Positions 32,320-46,092 of a stretch of 64,000 nt of DNA are shown here, piece by piece (the stretch's first letter is position 1; each line of letters starts with the position of its first letter). The DNA is from the human T2T-CHM13v2.0 reference genome, Homo sapiens. The translations under genes and the position numbers were made by a program. The DNA lies in assembly GCF_009914755.1 (NCBI RefSeq), contig NC_060931.1. One strand, 5' to 3'. The notes under the pieces are model-generated. The model was not told where the DNA came from. It was given only the letters and a program-made list of their open reading frames with translations, and made no database searches.

Positions 32320-33420
32320 GTACTTATTTACTAAAAATTTAAAGTTATTTGAATTAAAACATTTAAAAAGGTTTCTTATAGAAAATATCAGACATATAAA
32401 AAATTAGAGAAAATAACAAAACAAATAATATATTTGTTATAAGTAATATATAACCAGCTTCAGTAATTACCAATTTATAGCCAGTTTCATTTCATCCATA
32501 ACTTCATTCCTTTCCTCCTCCGCTGTTATCTTGAAACAAATCCCACATCTATTCATTCGTAAATATTCCATATGGATCTCTAAAAGATAAAACTTCTTTT
32601 ATAACGTAACTGTCATATCATTATCACATCTAGGATAAGATACTTTTTTTTTTTTTTGAGACAGGGTCTCTCTCTGTCACCCAGGCTAGAGTGCAGTGGT
32701 GCCATCACAGCTCACTACAGGCTCAACTTTCTGGGGTCAGGTGATCCTCCCACCTCAGCCTCCCAAGTAGTTGGGACCATAGGCACAAACCACCATGCTC
32801 GGCAGTTTTTTGTTTTTTTTTTTTTCCAGAGACAGGGTCTCGCTATGTTGTTCAGGCTGGTCTCAAACTCCTGGGCTCAAGTGATCCTCCCACCTCGGCC
32901 TCCCAAAGTGCCACTTTTTTTTTTTTTTTTTTTTTTTGTAGAGACAGGGTCTTGCTATGTTGCTCAGGCTGGTCTCAAACTCCTGGGCTCAAGTGATCCT
33001 CCCACCTCGGCCTCCTAAAGTGCTGAGATTATAGGGGTGAGCCACTGCACCCGGCCCAAAAAATAAAACTTCTTTTATAACATAACTATCATATCATTAT
33101 CACATCTAAGATACTTAATAATTCTTTAATACCATCAAATATTCAGTCATTGAAATTTCCAATTGTTTCCTAAATGTCATAATTTTTAAAAGTTTGTTGT
33201 TTGAAAAAAGATACGAATAAAACCTCGACATTGCAACTGGTTGATATGCTTTAATAGTCTCCTCTAGTTTATTAGTTCTCCTTCCATCTCTTTGGTTTTA
33301 TTCTTTGCAGTTTATTTGTTAAAGAAACTGGGTCATTTTTCCTGCAGGGTGGATTTTGCTAATTGCATCCCTATGTTGTCTTTTGACATATTCCTCTATG
33401 TTTTTTGTAAATACGTAGTT
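32320..33420 (-). mobile_element. L1MC (MC4/5-like) 3' UTR inserted in ERVL RT
   Basis: ttgaaacaaatcccaca..gtaaatatt..atctctaaaagataa..cattatcacatcta..atcaaatattcagtca..aagaaactgggtcatttt. Confidence 0.8.
32644..33056 (-). mobile_element. AluJ with duplicated left arm
   Basis: One right arm plus two left-arm copies; ~60-bp flanking direct repeat. Confidence 0.92.
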
Positions 33421-33697
33421 GCTGATGCCATTTTTAGTGGCCCCTGGAGTCTAGGATGTCCCGGGATATATACCTTTAAGGTAGAGAACAAGTTTTTGTA
33501 CCTTGCATCTTGTATGATTAAGAAGGAGGCACATGTTTGATTAATCTTCTTGGATTTTGGAAGCAGTGTACACTGTACTTGAACCAGTTTATCAGGTGAC
33601 CAGAAAGGCTTCCATTTTCAAGTGGGATTCAGAACACAAAAAAAATTCAGCAACAGATCCAAGTTGTGTTGCAAACTGCCCTGCCACTTAGGCCTCA

Positions 33698-34107
<410 letters not shown>

Positions 34108-35224
34108 CTAGAGCAGGATCATATCCTCCAAGCAGATAATTACTCTCCTTTTGAGAAGTAGTTCCCCATGTGCTCCTTGGCCCTAGTAGATATCTAACAC
34201 CTGGGACACAAAGTGATGGTGAGACCCAAACTGACTATCCTAAGCTCACAGTTACCAGAACCACCAAGTCATAAAGTCAGGTGGGCCCAGCAGTGTTCCA
34301 CTACGCATTCCAAACAATAAGAGTATCATGGCAAAGCAGGTCTAGAATTCACAGGCCCATTCTATGATCAGTTGGCCCTGCCCCCAACTCAGTACCCTTG
34401 TTGCAACAGTATGTCTCTCTCAACTCACATCACTGGCTTTATTGGTGGGGGAGAGGGGTCCTAGTCCCTTTCATCCTATATCCAATAAAGGGAGAGAAAA
34501 TTTTCTCATAGATGAGTTGGCATTAATTATTGGTTTTGGCCAAACATTTATTTTATAAAGTACAGTGGTTAAAGGAACATTTTCCTGGTAGGTAAAGCAG
34601 AGAACAGTAGTAAATTTAATTGTTTCATTTTTTATGGGAGGAAAACTAGCCTAAGGTGTGGATTAACAAGAATTCTGGGGGCGGCAATGAATGCTTTGGC
34701 TGGTTGGCCAGGAACTTGAAAGGAGTAAGACTGGAAGATATGGGACAAGGATGTCTGGGGAAAGGGCATGTGGATGGACTTCTGGGAATAAGTAAAAAGC
34801 ATCTAGATCTTTGGATCTCACATTGATGCCCAACAGGGAGCATCCCTTGCAGAGAAGGCTCTCAACAGCCAGGTGGATGGACAGGATGACTTATCCTATG
34901 GATGTCAGCCAGCCTGTCTCCTAAGCCACTCCAGTGGTGGCATAATGAATGCACAAACAGAGTGCCTGTGGTGGCAGGGATGGAAGCTATGTATGGGTCC
35001 AACAACATGGGTTCCCTCTCACCCAGGTTAACCCACAGCAAGAACTGACCTTGAAACGTTGATATCACAAAGTTCGTCAAGGACATTTGTGGCAGGTTGA
35101 TTATCTCAGACTCTTTTATGCCAGAGGAAGTAGAAATTGTCCCTTAACAAAATTGATACTTACTCCAGTTATATTTTCTTTTCCAGCCCACCATGCCTCC
35201 ATAAGAGCTACCATTATTGGTCTA

Positions 35225-35722
<498 letters not shown>

Positions 35723-35737
35723 TTATTAAGGAGTGTC

Positions 35738-36105
35738 TGATATGATTTGGCTCTGTGTCCCCACCCAAATCTCATCTTGAATTGTAATACCCATATTGCA
35801 GGGAGGGAGCTGGTGGGAGGTGACTGAATCATGGGGGCGGTTTCCGCCATGCTGTTCTCATGATAGTGAGGGAGTTCTCATGAGATCTGATGGTTTTAAA
35901 GTTTCAGTTTCCCCTGTGCGCTCTCTCTCTCTCTGTCTCGGTGCCATGTAAGACGTGCCTTGCTTCCCCTTCACCTTCCGCCATGATTGTAAGTTTCCTG
36001 AGGCTTCCCCAACCACGCAGAACTGTAAGTCAATTAAACCTCTTTTGTTTCTAAATTATCCAGTCTCAAGTATTCTTTATGGCAGTGTGAAAACGGACCA
36101 ATACA
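35738..36105 (+). mobile_element. THE1D-like solo LTR
   Basis: TGATATGATTTGGCTCTGTGTCCCCACCC..gcagtgtgaaaacggaccaataCA; exact TSD GTGTC (35733-35737/36106-36110). Confidence 0.93.
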
Positions 36106-36421
36106 GTGTCATCCCCAGTAAGGCTCCATTTCAGAGATAACACTCTGCTGGATTTGCGCTATGATATAGAAATGCATTGAGCCAAAACAAGGCATGTGGT
36201 GCTATTTCCCCACAGCTAGTATCCGTGGTGGAGTGCGGAGTGGATGAATGAATGCCATGGGACTTACTCGTTGAACTTGAAGTGGCCACTACCACCTGAT
36301 CACTCTGGGATCCTCATACTGAAGGACGAGGTAACTAAGAAAGGAATTACTACACTAGCAAGGGTAAAGGACCCTGATTGCCACAAGGAGCTACTGCTAC
36401 ACGATTAAAGTAGGGAGGAGA

Positions 36422-36718
<297 letters not shown>

Positions 36719-36774
36719 TAAAGTAGGGAGGAGTGTGTCTGGAACGCAGGGGATTCAATGGGGGCGTCTCTTCA

Positions 36775-36880
36775 GGCAACCTCTCTGAGCCTTAGTTTTC
36801 TCATCTGTGAAATAAGGGTTGTGAGGATTAAATGAGGCCATATAGATTCTGGCATAAGTTAGCTCCACAAAAATGTTATT
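36775..36880 (+). mobile_element. MIR
   Basis: aacctctctgagccttagttttctcatctgtgaaat..gttgtgaggattaaatgag. Confidence 0.8.
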
Positions 36881-37867
36881 TCTCTTTTTCTCATTCTGGC
36901 CTTTAATTTTTCTGCCTTAGTTCTCCTTAAACATTTATAAGAACTTTGCACGAAATAGCCAACTTTCTGGCAGGAGAAGCCTACTCTAGGAGGCCCTTGG
37001 CTGTGACAGGTTAGCTACAAGATAACATTTAGGAATAGTTTACAAAGGAAGATACAGTTATAGTCCTGCGATCACATAGCTTTTTCCAAAGAAAGAGAAA
37101 AAGAAAAAGTTACAGACCCATAATTACATAGTCTTGTCACATTCACCATGGAAACAGGTTTGGGTTACTAACCAGAGGCGTGTAAACACAACGTAATAAA
37201 AAATAGATGATACTAGAGCTATGCTCCTTTTATTACTTTAGGAAATTTTAAACTTTGTTTTATATGCATGGCAGTATTAACAAATGCTTTTTGAACTCCC
37301 ACTATGTGTTCCTCACTGCACTAGCCCCTGGGGATGGAAAGATCAAAGCAAGCTGGCCTCTGTCCACCAGACTGAGGTGGTGGAGTGTGATATATACTAG
37401 ATTTCACAGGTAACATATGCGGTGTCTCATACTATTAGTACAGCTGCTTTGTCCTGGGCTGTCTATGGTCCTAGAGGGTGGGCCAGGAGCAGTGATGGGG
37501 GTGGGGTGTTGTACCAACCAGGCTGAGTGGGTAATCAAGTGAGCAGGTCATAGCTACAGGGGGATTCTGGCTCGGGCCTGAGTGGTATTAATGGGAAGGT
37601 TGCAGTCTCTTGTTCGAAGCAAGATGAAATTTAGTCGCAGCTCAACTAAGTCCAGTTCCTGATGGCTCCTAAGGAAGGATGTCTGAAGCCTGAACAAATG
37701 CACATGGCTGGCTCTGGCCCCAGCTCCTAAGTAGGGAATTCTGGTATCCTGAGAGTTTCAAGCTAAACTGTCAGCTGATCTCCCTTCATATGCAAGAGGA
37801 GGTTGCATTTGAACACCTCTGTGGCAATGGCTGGGTCCTCCCTGGCCCACCTCGATGTGGTTTTTCT

Positions 37868-38224
<357 letters not shown>

Positions 38225-38447
38225 TGAGGAGTTAAAGCCCCCTTCTTGGTTCACCCTTGGCAGCTCATCTAGGGTCTTCAGATTTCACCAGTGAGAATTC
38301 TTCTGGAGGGCGTGGTCCTTTCTGGAGACTGGGGTCAGAGGCGCGTCTGGTAGCATCTTTGAGTGTCCACTGAAGGGAAAGTCCCGTGGACTGTGAGAGG
38401 ATCAGAAAAGACCTCCCAGAGGAAGCATGTGAGGGATTAGATAGCCG

Positions 38448-38524
38448 ATCACATTGTGGTCTGTGTAAATACAGCCCTGGAGCTGTGCAGTGCACAAACT
38501 GTTTAACTGTATACGGCATCCCTG
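38448..38524. mobile_element. MER91B-like hAT-Tip100 MITE (half)
   Basis: ccctggagctgtgcagtgcacaa..aactgtatacggcatccctg. Confidence 0.7.
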
Positions 38525-39933
38525 TAAATAAGCAAAGAAGAAGGGGATTAAGTAGTCCAGGAAGTGAAGACAACATGAGCAAAGGCCCAAAAGCTCTCAT
38601 TTTATCCACATTCATTTATTACCACTGTAATCCAAGGAACATTCTATAACTCACAGGCATTTTCACCTCATTATTACTTCATTAACTCCCTCTATATCTC
38701 GAGAATTGCTTTGTGAAAAGCAGTATTACCCTCACAGCATCCCGAGTAGAATGCATTAAAAGTAGCCACTCGGATTCTGAGAGTGAATTATTGGCTAGAG
38801 TTGGGGAGTGAGAATTTCCCACCCCTGGGCTCTAGCTCCTCTCTGGTCCTGCTCAAATTCTGTCACTTACATGTTTAAAAATCAACCTAACTTTTTTGAG
38901 GATGATGGGGAAAAAAGCAAGCTGGCCATGAGTATACTCCACTAAACAAGGGCCAAAGCTGGAAGAAAAAAAATTAAAAAGTCACTTATCCTTGCACAGT
39001 GACAAACTGAAGTTGCTATAAATGCCAAGAGAAAACAACAGAGAGAAAATGAATGGGGTTACTGAACATGTTCATAAATTTATGCAGTAAATGCACTGTG
39101 CATTCTCCAATTGGCAAATGCCTGATATAAGACAATATTAAGATACTGCAAAATCTAAGTTAGTATAACATTTCCCCATGATCCTACTGAGATTTATTGC
39201 CTGCATTTTTATGGGTTTTAAACAGCTTTTTCTTGACATTAAATATTTAGCAGTTAACAGTTAATTTGTCATTTTAATCTCAAACTATTTCATACTGCAT
39301 AATATGACAGGACTTGGGGGGAAAGAAAGAAGTGCGATATGGTTATGCCTTATCACATTTGGATTTGTGGGCAATCTTGGAGATGGGAATGCCAGATTGG
39401 AAAATTTCAATGTTTTGATTAATCTCTTGGACTGAAAATGATGAAATGGTGTGTTTTGAGGCTCTCACAGAAGGTATTTTGGGGCTAAAGAGCAAGGTCT
39501 TCACTAGCATCACCATCCACTGTTAGCAAGAATAGATGTTGGTGATTAATTTCTACATGTGGGAGAAATTAGGCACCAACAGCAAGTTTCACGTGGTTAG
39601 CAAAATATTGATAACTGTTGGATATGTGTAATGGGTACATAGGAGGTTGATTAGAGCATCCCCTCCGTGTTTTCTTTTTTCTTTCTTTCTTTTTTTTTTT
39701 TGTGCGTTTGAAAGTATCCATAGCAAAAAGGAGAAAGAGAGAGAGAGAGACTCTAGAAAGGAATACTTAAAAGGAAAAGCATATTTTACCCCGTGACAAG
39801 ATATGACTGAGCCCGGGTGGCTGTCCCATTTCATCTGCACGGTTTCCCTTGCAGGAGTTCCTCCAGGCCTAAGTCATGGCTTAGAACCATAACTGCAAAT
39901 ATAGCATTGGGTCCCTTTTAAGATTTCAGCTGG

Positions 39934-40225
39934 GGCCAGGCACAGTGGCTCACAACTGTCATCCCAGCACTTTGGGAGTCAGAGCAGGGAGGACTGCTTG
40001 AGCCCAGGGGTTCAAGACCAGCCTGGGCAAAATGCCAAAACCCCGTCTCTTAAAAAAAAAAAAAAATTATCTGGGTGTGGTGGCCCGTACTTGTAGTCCC
40101 AGCTACTCAGGAGGCTGAGATGGGAAAATTGCTTGAGCCTGGGAGGCAGAGGTTGCAGTGAACTCTGATCCAGCTTGGGCAACAGAGGGAGATCCTGTCT
40201 CAAAAAAACAAAACAAAAAAAAAAA
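39934..40225 (+). mobile_element. AluJ
   Basis: TSD atttcag(c/t)tgg. Confidence 0.93.
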
Positions 40226-40280
40226 GGTATTTCAGTTGGAAGAAGCCATACAAATAATAAAAACATCACAGTTAAAAATA

Positions 40281-40351
40281 AGCCAGGCACAGCAGGTCAC
40301 GCCTGTAATCCTAGCACTTTGGGAGGCCAAGGCAGGTGGATTGCTTGGATC
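40281..40351 (+). mobile_element. Alu left-arm fragment
   Basis: agccaggcac..gcctgtaatcctagcactttgggaggccaagg. Confidence 0.85.
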
Positions 40352-41648
40352 CCCCAACTGTGTGGGGCCAGCAGGAGGATTTCACAAGTGCCAAATAGGA
40401 TGAGACCCCAGTCAAAAAGTCTGAGGTTCAGGGCAAGCCTCTTGGCCCAGCAGAAACTCTGGGAGTTCATATCAAGTAGTCAAGGTCATTTGGGCTTGAG
40501 ACTGGTCCCTGATTATCCTTTTTACTCTAACCTAATCTTGCCCCACCCCACACTGTGGTTGACATAATGATTCCAGGAAATACCACTGTAAAGCTCACTG
40601 TGATTTCCTCAACGGAAAGAGCCATACATTAACCTTCCATAGGCTGCACTTCCTAATGCAATGCCTAGTTCCAAGGAGGTCCACAAAAATGTCTGTTGAC
40701 TGTTGAAAAAATGAATGGGAAGACTCTATACAGAGATATGATATAGAAACTTACCTTCTAAAATCAAGATGATCCAAATAGATAAGGCCTGCCATTTGGC
40801 TCATAACTCCCTGGTTTTTCATGACTCAAAAGGTCATCCCTGAAAATAGCAGGTCAGTCCTCCACACCTGACTTCATTTGGACCTTCTTCAACCATGATC
40901 ATCTCACTTGGAGCTCCCTGAGACCAGAGCTTCATTCCAGGCCCCAGGTCTCCTTATGCAGGCCAAGCTTAAAATGCTGGAGTGAAGAGCTGGAAAAGGA
41001 TAGCCAAACCTAGGAATGATCAGACTTTCTCTCTGTGGATCTGTTTCTCATTCTAGGGTTAGTCCCATTTCATGAGCATCTATTGCCTTGTTGATACTGG
41101 AATTCAGGCTCCAGTTGCTGCAAGTAGAAGGCTTTCAGAGAAGCTAACTCAAGAATCTGAGTCATCCTTATTTTGATAAGAGTCACTGAGAGAGCAATGC
41201 CCAGCATGGCTCAGCCCTTATAACATGACTGAAATCTTGGTGAACTTGCCTTTGCTGCTTACCACATTCCAAGGTAGTTGAGTTAAACCAATCTGAGCTT
41301 TGAAAGCACAGGTTCCTTAGAGACAATGAAGACAACAGCTTACTCTGAATCACGTCCTTCCTTTGTAGAATCAATTTTTGGAGCTGTTTCTGGCTTCCCT
41401 GTTGCTAGTGGACATTGCCTTTGTATCAGAGTCGGGCCATGCAGCCACCAGCAAAAAGAAGATTTAAGCTTACCTCTCAGCTTTTGTCTTGCATCTTCCA
41501 GAGCCTGATGGATTTGTATAGCAAGCTTCCTGCCAATGGACCATCTGGAAGGGCTGGAGGCACTAGGGAATCTGGGTCTGCTGGGCTCCCCTTTCTCATC
41601 TGATTTCTACTCTTTTGCTGGAATTATCAGTGTCTGTCTTAGTGTCCT

Positions 41649-42033
41649 TGCGACGGATGCTGTGATGTATCACTTAGATCCTCCTTTAAGAAAGGAGGAA
41701 TTGTTGCCCCAGCTGCTAAGAGCTGTAGGCAGCTGTCAGCCCCTTTTATAAATTGCTGGAGAGCCACCTTGCTCAGTGTCATGCTTCCTTCCCACAGCAA
41801 TCAGCATCCAGTGATTGATCCACAGGGAGCTTAAAAGCCAAGTTCTCTTGCACCAACAGGGGAAGTTCTGAAGCTCCCCATAGTGTTAGCCAAAACCATT
41901 GTTGAGCCTGCCTCACAGCTCTACTTCTCCTTTGGCCCAATCTTGCTACTGGAAGTCTCTTCTCTTTCATTTGTATCAATCCCCAGAGCCCTCCCAGTAA
42001 ATCCCCTAATTCCTGGAGTGCCCATCCTGTGAC
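41649..42033 (+). mobile_element. LTR16A-like solo LTR
   Basis: tgcgacggatgctgtgatg..agatcctcc..cccagctgct..catccagtgattgat..ctccccat..cagctc.acttctcc..gcccaatc..ctgtgaca. Confidence 0.75.
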
Positions 42034-43671
42034 AACTCTCACATTCCAGGCGTTGAACTTGCAGGTGTGGGATTGGAGGGTAGAAAAGTTAAGGCTTACC
42101 TACATGGACCAGTTGCAAATGAGTCACTGTCAGGGTGTGCTCCAAAGAGTCAAGGAGTGGTAGAAGAGATCGCCAGACATACTTAGGACCTCGGGACCTT
42201 CTCACTTCAATTGTTTATTCTCTGCTTTCCTTGGATTGGCTAAATTGGTCTGTACCTTAATTTCAGAGTCATCCAAGAGTCCTCTTGAAGAGGCCTTAAA
42301 ATCTGAGCAGGGAAAAGTTGAGGCAATGCTTTTCCCTGCCAAGTATGTTTCAGTGGGGTTCGATGTTCCCTTTTTGTTTTCTTTGTCTTTTATATTGCTT
42401 GCACTTAATATGGGTTTTTAACTGACATTTGAAAATTAAGTTCTATTTTCTTCTGTTTTGTTTCTCAGTAAAGTCAATTTGGCAATTAGCACTCCACACT
42501 CAGATTGTAGCCCGTGTAGCAAAGATCATAGCCTCAAGGAAAGAAGAAAGGCAGAGGATGACTTCATGTATATTTACAACCTTGTTAAGGCTCTTGTATC
42601 TTTTACTTTCCTGGTATGTTTGAAATTTCTCAACCAGGATGGGGCTGAGCTATACTCTGCATTCATTGCCTCTGAAAAAAAAAGTAGTGCAAGTTAGAGA
42701 GAGGAAAGGCAAGGGTACCTCTGAAAGGTGGGATTGAGGGTATTTAAAATATATATATTTTTAAGTCATGTATACCCGGGACTAGACTATGTATGTTAGT
42801 AGGCCTAAATAGAAGAGGGAACTCCAAAGTTATGTCTCCAAATACTCCTATAATGACTTTGATAAAAGAATAAGAAAAGTCATTTGCCCTTTCTCTGTTT
42901 TAGGGCCTTTATTAAGGAGAAATAAGGATATTAAACTGACTTCTGTGATTGGGCAGAAACATATCTGTTAGATGGTCAAATTCTCATGAATACAGAGCAT
43001 GAAAGAAATATGAAGCAACTGACATAAGACATGTTGCTTACTGCAAATTCCAAATACAGCAATGGTGGGAAAAATCTTTCAAACAGCAGATCTGCAACTG
43101 TGGGTTTAACCATTGCCTTTGATCTGTGCTTTTCTTTAAGAACAGTGAATATCCCTGCCCATCAGTGTTTAAAACAAGAGGGAAACTTAGAGGATTAACT
43201 CCAGAATGTGAGGGCCTCACTTTTTTTATAAAAGTTCTTTTTCTAAATGGCAAAACCTGAGCACTACTGCTCATAATTTCCTTGAGGAAGAAAATGCTGT
43301 TGAAGTGGAGGGATGAACTGGCAAAGGAGGGGCAGAAAGGGACTTCAGGAAACCGAACTGTTTCAAGGCAAAGTTGGCTCAGAGAGCGGACATCCCTGAA
43401 TTCTCACTCCAGCACCACTATCATAGGACACTAGGTACTCACTTCCCTTATCTCTAAAATGGAATTGGTTACACATAGTGCCTCTCGGCTGTTGTAAAAG
43501 TAGATTTAAGCAAAATAGATCTTTCCACAACATTTTCACCTAGACTGAACCAAGAAGTGATGAGCGTTGAATTCCAGATGTTGACGATCCTCTATTGCTA
43601 TCATTTCTCTCTGCTCCTGCCTCTTTTTTGACAGCCCAGGGTATGGATGATATCCTGAGATGGCTCACTGC

Positions 43672-43750
43672 TCTCTCTGTCTGTTTCTCCTCCCTTCCTC
43701 TCTCTCCCTTCCTTCCCTTCCCTTCCCCCTCTCCCTGTTTATTTCTCCCT
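43672..43750. repeat. CT-rich polypyrimidine tract
   Basis: ctctctctgt..cccttccttcccttcccttcccc. Confidence 0.75.
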
Positions 43751-44370
43751 TTGATGAACACTGCCATCTATCAGAGTAAAAAACTTTGCATATATTTAAA
43801 GGAAAAAATATTCTTTTCTCCCCAGATATTGCACAAGTAGCAAACACAATCAAAAATCAACTGCTTGGAAATATGAAAAGTGTCTTTTCAATGGTCCCAG
43901 GGAAGTGAGATACCTGTAACGTGAAGAGGTTTACCATCTGCCACCCAAACATACTCTTTTTTTCAGAAAACAATGAGGTGCTGGGCTCAGGGAGGTCCCA
44001 TTCCTTCCTCATTTTTTTTTTAAATTTTAAGGAAAAATCCTGGCTAATGGTTTAACTGCTTTTCTTGAAGACAGCAACCTTCCTACAGTTTTTCATGATG
44101 CTTGCAGTTCCTTGATGCCTGGAAGCTGAACTGATTGACAAAGAGGTGGGGAAATGCTGATGTATCCAGTGGGTCATCAGACACATCCAGGAGCCAAGCA
44201 AACTCATCTAATCCACAGAAGCAAACTTCAACTACTGAGAAGCACTAAATGCACACAGATCGGGGCTCTAGACAAGTTGCTGATGGGTGATTAAGACTCT
44301 CTGAAAAGTCTTCTGCATTACAGAGAAGAAATGTGAGGGGGCATCTGATAGAAATAAAAAAATATTAATA

Positions 44371-44697
<327 letters not shown>

Positions 44698-45010
44698 TTA
44701 TAAAGCTTGAAACATGTTTAGTCCTCATCACAAATGTATGAGTTAAGAAGGACAGTTCTTTTCTAGTTGGCAAAGATAAATGGCTTACCAATATTAGTCA
44801 GGGACCAAGACACAGTTAGCCCAGATGAAATGATGGCCTCTGACTCCAGAACTGTGTTCTTTCCAGGACATGAGGCATGTGTTCCCCCAGGAGCTGCAAG
44901 TCCAGCCAGGGGATCTGAGTAGCAGCAGCAGGAGGGATCAGTCCAACAGCATGCATCACAGCCTGAGGCCAAAGTTCAATCCTACTCCTACTCAGCTGCG
45001 TGGACATCTC

Positions 45011-45485
45011 TGCAGCAGATGGTCATGATGCAACGTGCCACATCTCCTTGATCCACTTGATTTCAGCACAGTGGTGGTGGACAGTTCCATGCATTTTGCA
45101 GCATTCCATCTCCAACATAAGGTCTCTGCCTTGCTCACACAAGCCTTCCTCTGAAGTTCAAAAGGCACTCAGCAGCCACCTGTAGGTGCAACCTGGAAGT
45201 GCAGAAAAGGTAATGAGGGCTTAACCAATGGTAAAAGATCCGTGGGCAAACACTCCAGCTCCCCTATCCTAGTTCTGCGCTGTTCCTCTGAGGGTTCCCA
45301 GGACTGAGCCCCAGTTGCCCAAAGCAGTAACCAATCATTAACAGACCCTTTATTAGCTTTTCTCCCTTCCTGTTTTACTCTTTCCACTTCCTCACTCCTG
45401 GCTCCTGAGCTTACTTCCCAAATAACCTTCCTATACTCAAGCTCTTATCTCAGGCTTTGACTTCAAAGAAACCCAAACCAAGGTC
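45011..45485 (+). mobile_element. LTR16B-like solo LTR
   Basis: gatttcagcacag..ggtggacagttcc..gtgcaacctggaagtgc..aaccaatgg..gagccccagttgccc..ttcccaaataa..tctcaggct..aacccaaaccaagg. Confidence 0.8.
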
Positions 45486-45781
45486 AGTCTCCTCCTTAAT
45501 CCACTTCCCCTGCAGCTCTCACTGTTTTGATGTCTTCTTGCGCATTGTACATTAATCATGACCAGCCAGCCCCACCTTCTCTTTCTTTGAAACACCCTCC
45601 CCTCCCACTTCATTGCTCAGTCAGTCTTCTTTGTAACAGCATTAGCAGTTGCTAATGGCCGGTTCACCATCTTTGCTGTCCTGGAGTCTTGAGGGCAGGA
45701 AGTAGCTGGCAGTATTAACCACTCTCTTGGCATGCATCATGTTATGAGGTAGCTTCCTCTTACACGTGCATCCCCCAAGAC

Positions 45782-46092
45782 CATGGCTGGCAAAATTTTT
45801 CTTTAAGGGGCCAGATAGAAAATATTTTAGGTTTTCCTGGTCATTAAGTCTCTGTTGCAACTACTCAACTCTGCTATTACTGTGAGAAAGCAATCATAGA
45901 CAATATATAAACACATAAGCAGGGCTGCATAGAACTTTACTTACAGACACTGATCTGTGTTTCATATAATTTTCAGATTATGAAACATTCTTCTATTTTT
46001 TCAGCCATTAAAAAAATGCAATGACCTTTCTTAGTTCTTGGGCTGTACAGAAACACGCCATGGCAGGACTGGCCATCTCTGCCTGCCCTTGC
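45782..46092. mobile_element. MER58B-like hAT DNA transposon
   Basis: ggcaaaatttttct.taaggggccagatagaaaatattttagg..gtctctgttgcaactactcaactctgc. Confidence 0.88.

Noticed and set aside
38448-38524. CTCF site in the MER91-like element
   Set aside because: The CCAGGGGGCGC-like core has decayed to ccagggctgta on the reverse strand.
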